Below, in pieces: positions 18,641 through 27,916 of a stretch of 64,000 nt of DNA. The stretch spans positions 257,520 to 321,519 of the forward strand of contig CAZCNP010000001.1 of assembly GCA_964500725.1 (NCBI GenBank), in the 5' to 3' direction. A program made the position numbers and the translations under genes. The notes below the pieces were generated by a model. It had not been told where the DNA came from. It made no database searches and saw nothing but the letters and a program-made list of their open reading frames with translations. The stretch's first letter is position 1; every line of letters begins with the position of its first letter. This DNA comes from an uncultured Gammaproteobacteria bacterium. GTDB lineage: Bacteria > Patescibacteriota > Microgenomatia > Daviesbacterales > UBA10151.

Positions 18641-20485
18641 TCATTCCCCTAAAGTTTTTCCTGACTGGGTAGCAGGAGTATATATATCTTGAATTAATTT
18701 ATTTTTATCTGGAGAAAAGTACCACCTAAATGCTTCTTTAACAATAGGTGATGCCACAGAGGAACCTTCCCCCCCACCTTCTATCAGCACTGTCATCACA
18801 ATCTTAGGAGCATCAGCTGGGGCATAACCTGTATACCAGGCATGAGTCCTATCTTTTGGATCACCATACTCTGCAGTCCCAGTTTTTCCAGCTGTAGCAA
18901 TAGGAAAGGTGAAAAATGGCCAGGCTGTTCCTCCTTCTTTAGGTACTAACTTAAGACCGTCTTTGACAAGATCAATTTTTTCCCTTGAAAGCAAATTAGA
19001 TACTAATACCTTAGGCTTGCTGGAAAGCAACACTTCAGGTTTGTATAAAATTCCGTTAGCAGCAATGAAGGAGGTAACTCCTAAAATTTGTAGTGGTGTT
19101 GTCAAAACAAACCCTTGTCCGATTGACATATGCAAAGTATCCCCAGGATACCAAGGCAAACTATAAACTTTTTGCTTCCAAAGCTCATCAGGAACAAGCC
19201 CTATCTCTTCCCCTGGCAAGTCAATATTTAATTTTTTGCCTAACATTAGTTTTTTAGACCACTCCACTAAAGAATCCTGGCCAATAATTTGCGCCACTTT
19301 ATAAAAGTAAGTATCATTTGAACGCATCAGGGCTTTTTGCATATTTACCATACCTTCTACCTTGCCATACTGGTTAAAGTACCAATTGGTAAATTTATAT
19401 GGCCCTAAATACATAATTCCATTGTCTTCAAAGCTGGTATTTGCTGTAATTTTGCCTGAAGATAATGCTGCCAAGGATGAGACTATTTTATAGGTAGATC
19501 CTGGAGGATAAGTCCCACCTATAACCCTATTTAAAATTGGCGAATCAGAGCGAGAAAAAATCTCACTAATTCTGCCTTCCATATCATTTTTGGTGAAAAT
19601 GTTTGGATCAAACGAAGGCACAGAAACCAAGGCTAAAATCTTCCCACTGGTTGGATCCATCGCAACCGCTGTCCCGCAACAACTGTTTACCTTATCTAAA
19701 GTTTCACTTACCAGTTGATAAAGTTTTTCCTGAAGCTGCCAGTCAATTGATAGATAAATATTTTGTCCAGGAATTGTAGGTTGCAATCTTAAGGTTCGGA
19801 TCTTATTTCCCTTGGAATCTACCTCGATAATTTCTCCCCCGTCTATCCCTCTCAACAATTTTTCATACTGGGCTTCTATACCACTTTTGCCAATTTGATC
19901 TCCTAAACGATAATTTCCAGATTCTTGATTCTTAAGCTGCTCCTCAGAAATCTCCCCCATGTATCCTAAAACATGAGCAAGTTTTTCACCCATTGGATAA
20001 TTTCTGACATTATCAATTTCTAAGTTGGCTACCCGAGGGTCGTTTTTTACTTCAAGCTCTAGCGCCTGATCTCTACTGATAAACCTAACTTTGCGTCCAC
20101 TTGCTGCGGGATTATTTAAGCGAAAAGCTGGGGAATTAGCTGCCAAAACTTCACCATTCCTATCATAGATTACTCCTCGTGGAGCATGAATAATTTTCAC
20201 CTGGATACGGTTGCCATCAGCCAGATTTCTATTAGAGTCTCCGTTAACTATTTGCAAATGAAACAACCTAACAAAAAGTACAAAAAACAATATTAAACAA
20301 AATGAGGAAAAAAAGATTATTCTCCAGGTAATATTTTCTTTTATCTCTTCACTTTTAGGCTGGTAATTAGGCAACAGAACATCCGTCCAATCAGCAGCAT
20401 CTTTTTTGAAATGGCCAATTTTACTGGTTACTTTTGCAATTTCATCAGTAAAACCAGGACCTAAACTTCGTTTTTTGCGGATCAT
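18641..20485 (-). CDS. mrdA: penicillin-binding protein 2 (class B transpeptidase)
   Basis: Dimerisation plus transpeptidase domain (STYK-like, SxN, KTGTA); directly downstream of mreCD. Confidence 0.85.
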   Translation of the reverse strand: MIRKKRSLGPGFTDEIAKVTSKIGHFKKDAADWTDVLLPNYQPKSEEIKENITWRIIFFSSFCLILFFVLFVRLFHLQIVNGDSNRNLADGNRIQVKIIHAPRGVIYDRNGEVLAANSPAFRLNNPAASGRKVRFISRDQALELEVKNDPRVANLEIDNVRNYPMGEKLAHVLGYMGEISEEQLKNQESGNYRLGDQIGKSGIEAQYEKLLRGIDGGEIIEVDSKGNKIRTLRLQPTIPGQNIYLSIDWQLQEKLYQLVSETLDKVNSCCGTAVAMDPTSGKILALVSVPSFDPNIFTKNDMEGRISEIFSRSDSPILNRVIGGTYPPGSTYKIVSSLAALSSGKITANTSFEDNGIMYLGPYKFTNWYFNQYGKVEGMVNMQKALMRSNDTYFYKVAQIIGQDSLVEWSKKLMLGKKLNIDLPGEEIGLVPDELWKQKVYSLPWYPGDTLHMSIGQGFVLTTPLQILGVTSFIAANGILYKPEVLLSSKPKVLVSNLLSREKIDLVKDGLKLVPKEGGTAWPFFTFPIATAGKTGTAEYGDPKDRTHAWYTGYAPADAPKIVMTVLIEGGGEGSSVASPIVKEAFRWYFSPDKNKLIQDIYTPATQSGKTLGE

Positions 20486-20510
20486 AACTTCTTTACTACA
20501 CGTAAAATTT

Positions 20511-20954
20511 TTATACCCGTAATTTTATTTCTTTACGGACGATAAACCTTTCCTCCCACAACTTAACTAGATAAAACGCCGGCAAGGAAAGTAACGCAGC
20601 GATGATTACTCCTGAAAACTCCATAGTTGTATTAGTTAACACGGAATTTATAAACTCGCTTAAAGTTAATAGAATCATACTGATTGGCACAATCAGCAAA
20701 GGATTTCCTGCTAAATTAGATCTGGATAATATTTGGACCGCTTGAACAATAACAAGATAAATTATGCTATACAACCCTAAGCTTATTAAGCTTAAATGGG
20801 CGGTCAGCAAACCAAAAGCAAAAGCCAAAGACAAGTTCTCCTTCTCGGATCTAACATATGCTCTGCAGATTAAAATCAGCAAGACAAAATCAACAGGTAA
20901 AATTGTAGTCTGCAAAAAAGCAGCCAGTATTAAAATAATAATTAAAGCTTTCAT
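20511..20954 (-). CDS. mreD: rod shape-determining protein MreD-like membrane protein
   Basis: Polytopic small membrane protein placed between mreC and PBP2. Confidence 0.55.
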   Translation of the reverse strand: MKALIIILILAAFLQTTILPVDFVLLILICRAYVRSEKENLSLAFAFGLLTAHLSLISLGLYSIIYLVIVQAVQILSRSNLAGNPLLIVPISMILLTLSEFINSVLTNTTMEFSGVIIAALLSLPAFYLVKLWEERFIVRKEIKLRV

Positions 20955-20959
20955 AATTT

Positions 20960-21748
20960 TTACTCTACAATCACAAATACTAGCTCCAAATCTCTAATAT
21001 CAAATATGGACTGAACTTTAGCTTGTTTAAATACCTCATTTTCCCTTTCCATAACTTGAATAACTTTTCCCAAAACTAAACCCCTTGGTAAAAACCCTTC
21101 AGTTCCTTCTGAATAAACTAAATCCCCAATGCTTATTTTTTCCTCATGTAATATTTTATCCAGCAAAACATCTGTACCAAATTGTCCAACCAATATTCCC
21201 TTTGCCCTACCTTCATTATTTTGAGAAAAAGCAGCAACTTTAGAGCTTGGATCTGTTAAAAGTTGTATATTTGAGGCTGCAGGCGACACATCAACTACCT
21301 TACCTATAAAATTATCTTCAAAAACTACAGCTTGCCCGACTTTAATACCAGAGCTACTACCTTTATCGATTTTTAAATTTCTTCCCAAACCCATAGGCCT
21401 AGCTGGTAGCACATTATAAGTACTAGGGTCAAGACTTTGTTGTTGAGAAAGAAGACTTTGGGTCTCTGCCACTTTTTTTCTTAAGTTTGCATTCTCAGAT
21501 AAAAGTTTTCCAACTTGCTCTTTTAAAGCTTTATTTTCTTGCGCTGCAAAACGGGCTTGGAAAATAAAATGGAATTGCTTGCCGATATTTCTACTGGTAC
21601 CATACATCCCAAAAGAGACAGGGTTGGTAATGTAAAAAACTAACTTTTTGGGTAAATTGAGAAGGTTAATAGTATCTAAAAGAAAAATTACTAAACTAGA
21701 AAAAATAAGTATTAAAAAAAATTTGATATTGGGCACCGTCTTTTCCAT
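20960..21748 (-). CDS. mreC: rod shape-determining protein MreC
   Basis: N-terminal TM, coiled-coil (ENKALKEQVGKLLSENANLRKK) and beta-rich C-terminus. Confidence 0.75.
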   Translation of the reverse strand: MEKTVPNIKFFLILIFSSLVIFLLDTINLLNLPKKLVFYITNPVSFGMYGTSRNIGKQFHFIFQARFAAQENKALKEQVGKLLSENANLRKKVAETQSLLSQQQSLDPSTYNVLPARPMGLGRNLKIDKGSSSGIKVGQAVVFEDNFIGKVVDVSPAASNIQLLTDPSSKVAAFSQNNEGRAKGILVGQFGTDVLLDKILHEEKISIGDLVYSEGTEGFLPRGLVLGKVIQVMERENEVFKQAKVQSIFDIRDLELVFVIVE

Positions 21749-21822
21749 TTAATTTTCCCAATATAACACTCATAGGAAATACTTGCAAAGTGTTTTACAG
21801 CACGTTATAGTCTAGACACTAC

Positions 21823-22587
21823 ATGAGCAATGCTTTTTTAGGTAAATTAACAACAAAATGGGATGAAGGAAAATTTGTCTGTGTGGGATTGGACTCTGCT
21901 GATTTTGCCCTTAATCAAAAAGTTATAGATGCAACATTTGATTTAGTCTGTGCTTATAAACCAAATAGCGCTTTTTATGAGGCAGAAGGAATAAAGGGTT
22001 TAGAAACCTTAAAAAAAACTGTCCAATATATTAAAGAAAAATCTCCTGAGATACCTATAATTTTAGATGCTAAAAGAGGCGATATTGGGAATACCAACGA
22101 AGCTTACGTTGTGGCTGCTTTTAATGAATTAGGAGTTGATGCCATCACAGTCCATCCTTATTTGGGCAAAGAAGCTCTGCAGCCTTTTTTGGATAGAACT
22201 GATAAGGGGATTATTATTTTAGTAAAAACATCCAATCCTGGGGCTGGAGAATTCCAAGATCTAGAAGTTGAAGGAAAACCACTTTATCAAGTTGTAGCAG
22301 AACATGTTAGGGAGTGGAATACCAACGGAAACTGTGCAGTGGTAGTTGGAGCTACTTACCCAGAAGAGTTAAAAATAGTAAGAGAAATTATTGGAGATGC
22401 GCCGATTCTAGTTCCAGGAGTTGGAACCCAAGGAGGAGATTTATCAGCAACTTTAAAAAATGGTTTAAATAGCAAAAAACAGGGTTTAATCATCAACTCT
22501 TCCAGAGGTATTATCTTAGCCCCAGATCCCAGAGAAGCTGCTTTAACACTACATTCTCAAATCCAGGAGATTTTAAAAGATGAATAA
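21823..22587 (+). CDS. pyrF: orotidine 5'-phosphate decarboxylase
   Basis: VCVGLDSA..., ILDAKRGDIGNT (catalytic Lys/Asp) motifs. Confidence 0.85.
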   Translation: MSNAFLGKLTTKWDEGKFVCVGLDSADFALNQKVIDATFDLVCAYKPNSAFYEAEGIKGLETLKKTVQYIKEKSPEIPIILDAKRGDIGNTNEAYVVAAFNELGVDAITVHPYLGKEALQPFLDRTDKGIIILVKTSNPGAGEFQDLEVEGKPLYQVVAEHVREWNTNGNCAVVVGATYPEELKIVREIIGDAPILVPGVGTQGGDLSATLKNGLNSKKQGLIINSSRGIILAPDPREAALTLHSQIQEILKDE

Positions 22588-23227
22588 TACCTCACAAGCT
22601 GTTGCTAAAATACTGCTTGAGCTAAATGCTATTTCTTTAAATTCCAAAAAACCATTTAGATATGCTTCAGGAATACTTTCTCCTATTTATACTGACTGCA
22701 GGGTGTTGATGGCATACCCTGATAAAAGAAGAGAGATTAGAGACTTCTACATTGAGACGATCCAAAACTCTGCTGACCCTTTTGATGTAGTTGCAGGCAC
22801 TGCCACAGCAGGCATTCCCCATGCTGCCTGGATTGCTGATAAGTTAAATCTACCAATGGTTTATGTGAGAGGAAAAGCTAAAGATCATGGTAAGCAAAAT
22901 TTGATGGAAGGAATTATAAAAAAAGGCCAAAAAGCCATAGTTATTGAAGATTTAGTTTCAACTGGAGAAAGCGCAATAAACAGCGTCAATGCAATAAAAC
23001 AGGCTGGGGGGGAAATTTCTCATGTTTTTTCTATCATTACCTATAGTCTTTCCAAAGCTGAAGAATCTTTTACAGAAAATAATCTCCAGCTGGTTTCTCT
23101 TACCACCTTTAAAGATGTGGTGGAAGAAGCCCAGAAAATGGACCATATTACTAAAGAAGATATGCAGATTATATTAGACTGGACCTCAGATCCACTTACC
23201 TGGGGCAAAAGAATGGGCTTCGAATAG
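22580..23227 (+). CDS. pyrE: orotate phosphoribosyltransferase
   Basis: FRYASGILSPIYTDCR, and the PRPP-binding IVIEDLVSTGES motif; 8-nt overlap with pyrF. Confidence 0.85.
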   Translation: MNNTSQAVAKILLELNAISLNSKKPFRYASGILSPIYTDCRVLMAYPDKRREIRDFYIETIQNSADPFDVVAGTATAGIPHAAWIADKLNLPMVYVRGKAKDHGKQNLMEGIIKKGQKAIVIEDLVSTGESAINSVNAIKQAGGEISHVFSIITYSLSKAEESFTENNLQLVSLTTFKDVVEEAQKMDHITKEDMQIILDWTSDPLTWGKRMGFE

Positions 23228-23232
23228 AAGAT

Positions 23233-24300
23233 TTAAGCTTCCTTTTTTATCTCTTGAGCCAAATAGGGGTTCCACATAGCTCCTGTGGCACTCATTACTA
23301 TATCTGCTCCAGCTTGTTTATACTCAAAATAATCTTCTGACTTAGTAACTCCCCCCACTCCTATAACCAATATTTTTAATCTTTGATCTTTAATTTTTGA
23401 TTTTAATTTTCTCGCCATATCCAATCCCGCCCATCTAATAGCAGCTCCACATACTCCAGATTTTAACCTATTCTTTCCAGGCAAAGCTTGGTTACCATCT
23501 TTATCTACAATTTCTGCAGCTATGGTATTAATAGCAGCAATCCCTTGAGCATATTGAGAAGCAACTTCTACTAATCTTTTAATGTCTTCATCATTTTGAA
23601 AATAACCAACCTTAAGTACTAAGGGTGAATCTCCTAATTCTTCTCTTATGGCCTTACAAACTTTCCCTGTCATATCTAGGTTATAACAAACTAGCCCTTC
23701 ATTACCTATATTAGGACAAGATAAATTAGCCTCAAAAACTCTTGCCCCAGTTTGTTTTGATAACCTGGCAGCCTGCCTCCAATCCTCAATAAAATCTTGT
23801 TCAGTTTGGTTTTCTCTAACAGTCCCCATAAAAGATAAAACCAAAACTTGCCCTTTTCCAGCAAAAGATATAGCCTTTTTAACATCTTCCTGCCAAACAG
23901 ATGGGTCTTTGGATGGCACTCCAAATGAGTTAGTAATAGATAAAGGCTCAGGGTAATTTGTGTCTCCAATAAGTTTACCTTGGGCTTTCTCAAGGGTCAA
24001 ATCACCATCGACTTTTACAGATAAAATATTAGGATAAGGGTGTGAAGGAAAAACATTAGCCCTAACAGTTTTATAAACACAAATATCAAAGCCCTTTTCA
24101 AAAGCAGCTTTACAGAATTTAGAATTTAGAAGCGGTCCTGCTGGAATCCCAAAAGGAAGATATATTTTTTGACCAAAAAAGTCATACTCAGGTTCCCCTG
24201 TTTGCTCATACACTTGTCCGTCATTGAAGGCCCCAAAAGGACCATCATTGTAGTTATCCTCATAGCTTTTGTTCGGATCGTAAAAAGGAGTCTTTAACAT
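23233..24300 (-). CDS. pyrD: dihydroorotate dehydrogenase family protein
   Basis: TIM-barrel flavoenzyme motifs (IGVGGV..., NLSCPN) of the DHODH/DHPD family, in a pyrimidine biosynthesis context. Confidence 0.7.
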   Translation of the reverse strand: MLKTPFYDPNKSYEDNYNDGPFGAFNDGQVYEQTGEPEYDFFGQKIYLPFGIPAGPLLNSKFCKAAFEKGFDICVYKTVRANVFPSHPYPNILSVKVDGDLTLEKAQGKLIGDTNYPEPLSITNSFGVPSKDPSVWQEDVKKAISFAGKGQVLVLSFMGTVRENQTEQDFIEDWRQAARLSKQTGARVFEANLSCPNIGNEGLVCYNLDMTGKVCKAIREELGDSPLVLKVGYFQNDEDIKRLVEVASQYAQGIAAINTIAAEIVDKDGNQALPGKNRLKSGVCGAAIRWAGLDMARKLKSKIKDQRLKILVIGVGGVTKSEDYFEYKQAGADIVMSATGAMWNPYLAQEIKKEA

Positions 24301-24324
24301 AAGTAAATATTAACACAATTTAAA

Positions 24325-24954
24325 CTAACTTAAAATTTCCAAAAGCTCTTCTATATCATCTATTATAAAATCAGGATTATATTGAGCAATATCTTTACCT
24401 AAAAATCCATAAGTTACTCCCACAGTTTTCACCCCAGCATTTTTCCCAGCCAAAATATCATCACCTGTATCACCTACCATATAAGCATTTATTGGCTCTA
24501 CTCCTAATTTTCCAAGAGCAGTCAACACATGCTCTTTGTGTGGCTTTGGATTCTTTACATCATCAGCACTTACTACAACATCGAAGAACCTAGCAACTTT
24601 GGTAACTTTTAAAGAATACACAAGGCTATAACCCAACCTATTACTTACACCAGCCAACAAAAAGCCCTTATCTTTTAAAGTTTTAAGAACTTCTTTTGTA
24701 GCTTTAAATGGTTTAACTAAATGAAAATTTTCTTGTTGAAATTGTTTATGAGTTTCTGAAAGCTCTATCATGTTTCCCTCAGGAATTAGTGTTTGATAAA
24801 ATTCTAAGAGTGGCTTTCCTAAAGCTGTTTTGATATTTATATCAGAAGGGTAAGAATGATTATAAAAAGCAGTAGTATATTTTACAGCATCAAATACAAA
24901 ATTATAGGTATCTAAAAGCGTCCCATCAATATCAAAAAGAATTGCTTTTTCTAT
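24325..24954 (-). CDS. HAD-family hydrolase (start extended to an in-frame ATA overlapping the mreB stop codon)
   Basis: Track ORF 24325..24771 lacks HAD motif I, but the same frame upstream with no stop encodes (I)EKAILFDIDGTLLDT. ATA at 24954..24952 overlaps the mreB TAG as ATAG. C-terminal part carries GDTGDDILAGKNAG (motif IV). Confidence 0.6.
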   Translation of the reverse strand: MEKAILFDIDGTLLDTYNFVFDAVKYTTAFYNHSYPSDINIKTALGKPLLEFYQTLIPEGNMIELSETHKQFQQENFHLVKPFKATKEVLKTLKDKGFLLAGVSNRLGYSLVYSLKVTKVARFFDVVVSADDVKNPKPHKEHVLTALGKLGVEPINAYMVGDTGDDILAGKNAGVKTVGVTYGFLGKDIAQYNPDFIIDDIEELLEILS

Positions 24955-26015
24955 CTTAACCCTCCTGTTACTCTAACTTTGGAAAGCAGGTTTAAATTAT
25001 TTAATACCTCCCCACAACCTCTAGCAACAGTTGTTAAAGGATCATCAGCCACATACACTGGCAGTTTTGTTTCCTCTGCCAATCTTTTATCTAGACCTTT
25101 TAGCAATGCCCCTCCTCCTGCCAAATATATCCCTCTTTCTACTATATCAGTCAAAAGCTCAGGAGGAGTTTCTTCTAACACTCCTTGTACTGCTGAGATT
25201 ATTTGGGAAACTGTTGGAGATAAAGCTTCTCTTATTTCTGCTGTGGTAACTTTGATAGACTTTGGCAAACCATTTGCCAGCTCTCTACCTCTGACTACTG
25301 TTGCCATATTATCTTTGTCTTTTAATGGATAAGCTGAGCCAATTTCTATTTTGACATCCTCAGCAGTTCGCTCCCCTATTAACATCCCATACCTTATTCT
25401 CATATAATTGATAATATCCTCATCCAACTCATCTCCTGCTACCCTTAAAGATTTATTAATTACCATACCTCCTAAAGATATAACTGCCATTTCTGCTGTT
25501 CCCCCACCAATATCTACAATCATTACTCCTTCGGGGTCTTCTACTGGCAGCTTAGCCCCAATTGCTGCAGCCATTGGCTCTTCTATTAAATATGCTTCTC
25601 TGGCCCCTGCTGAAAGACAGGCATCCTGCACAGCCCTTCTTTCTACCTCAGTTACCCCTGAGGGGATACCAACTACCACCCTAGGTCTGGGGATTTTAGG
25701 TAAAGAAAAAAGACCCTTGCCAGGGTTTTCATGAACTTTATGGATAAAGTATCTCAGCATAGCTTCTGTGGTATCAAAATCAGAAATTACCCCATCTCTT
25801 AAAGGTCTTACTGCCTCAATTGCAGCAGGAGTTCTGCCTAACATTCTTTTTGCTTCAGTCCCAATTGCTAAAATTTGTCTGGTTTTTCTATGCAAAGCAA
25901 CAACAGTGGGCTCCCTAATTACAATACCTTTACCTTTGACCAACACCAGAGTATTAACAGTACCCAAATCTATACCAATATCATGAGAAACAAGTTGCCA
26001 GATCTTACCAAACAT
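24951..26015 (-). CDS. mreB: rod shape-determining protein MreB
   Basis: IGIDLGTVNTLV..., DIGGGTAEMAVIS, LAGGGALLKGLD are actin-fold ATPase motifs. Confidence 0.95.
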   Translation of the reverse strand: MFGKIWQLVSHDIGIDLGTVNTLVLVKGKGIVIREPTVVALHRKTRQILAIGTEAKRMLGRTPAAIEAVRPLRDGVISDFDTTEAMLRYFIHKVHENPGKGLFSLPKIPRPRVVVGIPSGVTEVERRAVQDACLSAGAREAYLIEEPMAAAIGAKLPVEDPEGVMIVDIGGGTAEMAVISLGGMVINKSLRVAGDELDEDIINYMRIRYGMLIGERTAEDVKIEIGSAYPLKDKDNMATVVRGRELANGLPKSIKVTTAEIREALSPTVSQIISAVQGVLEETPPELLTDIVERGIYLAGGGALLKGLDKRLAEETKLPVYVADDPLTTVARGCGEVLNNLNLLSKVRVTGGLR

Positions 26016-26084
26016 GAGAGGAGTTTAACATATAAATTGACAATTGAGAATTGACAAGGCTTTCTGTTAGCATAATCTCAGGTA

Positions 26085-27878
26085 ATGAAATACAAAATAA
26101 TCTTTTCAAAACAATTTAGAGTTCCTCTGATAGTTTTAACTGGCATCTTAATTTATCTAATTTTAAAATTTTCAGGGCAAACTCTAATAGCAAATTTAGT
26201 AATTCTTTCAGTAATTATCTTAGGTTCTTATCAACTCTTTTTTGATACCATCAAAAAGCTTGCAAAGAATCGTTTTGCCCTGGACTATATTGCCATAGTT
26301 GCTTTACTTGTTGCCCTTTATACCCAGGAGTTTTTAGTAGCAGCAATCTTGGCTTTAATGCTTTCCTCTGGCAGAACTTTGGAAAATTATGCTGTTTCTC
26401 AGGCTAAAAAATCCTTAACCAGTTTAATTGATAGAATCCCCAGTGATGTTTTACTTTGGGAAAAAGAAAAAGCAGGAGAAAAAGTTAAGGTAAAAGATGT
26501 TAAAGTTGGGCAGTTAATATTTATAAGAGTAGGTGAGGTAATTCCACTAGATGGCATCTTAATCTCAGAAACAGGCCAAACTGATGAATCATCACTTACT
26601 GGAGAACCATATTTTATAGATAAAATAAAAGGGGATATTTTAAGATCAGGAACTGTTAATATAGGTAACCCTATTGTTATCAAAGTCACTAAAACAGAAG
26701 GCAATTCTACCTACAGTAAAATTATAGAACTTGTAAAAAAAGCTCAGGAAGAACAATCCCCCTTTGTTAGACTGGCAGATAGGTATAGTGCTGTTTTTAC
26801 TGCAATTACTTTTGTAATTGCCAGCTTTGCCCTAATTTCTTCCAACTTTGATTTAACTAGAGTCTTGGCCGTGCTGGCAATTGCTACCCCTTGTCCATTG
26901 ATTATTGCCACTCCTGTAGCTTTGTTAGGAGGTGTTAGCTCAGCTGCCAAAAGAAAAATCATTATTAAAAAATTAGCTTGTTTGGAAAGCTTAGCCAAAG
27001 TTAATACTATAGTTTTTGATAAAACTGGCACTATAACTTTAGGTAAACCAAAACTTGCTGAAATAATGCTTTTAACAAAGCAATTCACAAAACAACAAGT
27101 GTTAAGTATTGCAGAAAGCTTAGAAAGAAATTCCCTTCATCCTTTGGCCAAAGCAATTGTAATTAAAGCTCGCAGCAATAATGCTCCTATACAGCATGCA
27201 ACAAACGTTGCTGAAACAATTGGGCATGGCATCTCTGGCATGGTTGGCAAGGAAAAATTTTCTCTTTCTAAAATGGAAGATGATACAGATGGGATATGCA
27301 TCGAGCTTACATCAGACAAAAAAAAGACCGCCATTTTTAAATTTGAAGATGAGTTAAAAACAGATTCCCAAAAATCTTTTGCAACACTTAAAAGCCTAGG
27401 CTTGGATTTAAAAGTATTTACAGGAGATAAACAACTGGCAGCAGAAAAAATCATGCAGCAACTTAATCTAGATTTGGAAATTAGAGCCCAAATGTCACCA
27501 GAAGATAAACTAGCTGGAATAAAGGAGCTGCAAAAATCAGGAAAGGTAGTAGCTATGATTGGAGATGGAATCAATGATGCTCCAGCTTTGGCTCAAGCTA
27601 ATGTTGGACTAGTATTTTCCAACGAGGAACAAACATCTTCTTCTGAGGCAGCAGATATTGTATTTTTGGGAGGTGAAATATCTCAGGTTGTTAATTCTTT
27701 ACAGATTGCCAAAAAAACCATCAAAATTGCCCTGCAAAGTATAGGTTTTGGAATTGGCTTAAGTACTCTTGGAATGATTCTTGCAAGTTTTGGTTATATC
27801 CCCCCAATCTTTGGAGCAGGACTGCAAGAATTAATAGATGTGGCAGTGATTATTAATGCCTTAAGAGCAAGTATTTAA
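26085..27878 (+). CDS. P-type ATPase, P1B-like (cation/heavy-metal translocating; no N-terminal metal-binding domain)
   Basis: DKTGTIT phosphorylation motif, GDGINDAPAL, and TM motif ATPCPL (CPx-like). Confidence 0.8.
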   Translation: MKYKIIFSKQFRVPLIVLTGILIYLILKFSGQTLIANLVILSVIILGSYQLFFDTIKKLAKNRFALDYIAIVALLVALYTQEFLVAAILALMLSSGRTLENYAVSQAKKSLTSLIDRIPSDVLLWEKEKAGEKVKVKDVKVGQLIFIRVGEVIPLDGILISETGQTDESSLTGEPYFIDKIKGDILRSGTVNIGNPIVIKVTKTEGNSTYSKIIELVKKAQEEQSPFVRLADRYSAVFTAITFVIASFALISSNFDLTRVLAVLAIATPCPLIIATPVALLGGVSSAAKRKIIIKKLACLESLAKVNTIVFDKTGTITLGKPKLAEIMLLTKQFTKQQVLSIAESLERNSLHPLAKAIVIKARSNNAPIQHATNVAETIGHGISGMVGKEKFSLSKMEDDTDGICIELTSDKKKTAIFKFEDELKTDSQKSFATLKSLGLDLKVFTGDKQLAAEKIMQQLNLDLEIRAQMSPEDKLAGIKELQKSGKVVAMIGDGINDAPALAQANVGLVFSNEEQTSSSEAADIVFLGGEISQVVNSLQIAKKTIKIALQSIGFGIGLSTLGMILASFGYIPPIFGAGLQELIDVAVIINALRASI

Positions 27879-27916
27879 GTAGACAAAATCCCAAGGCCAC
27901 AGTATTTTTATCCTAA

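Noticed and set aside
26085-27878. P-type ATPase as KdpB
   Set aside because: A CPx-like ATPCPL motif is present in the TM region, and no kdpA/kdpC neighbours are present, so a P1B-type is more consistent.
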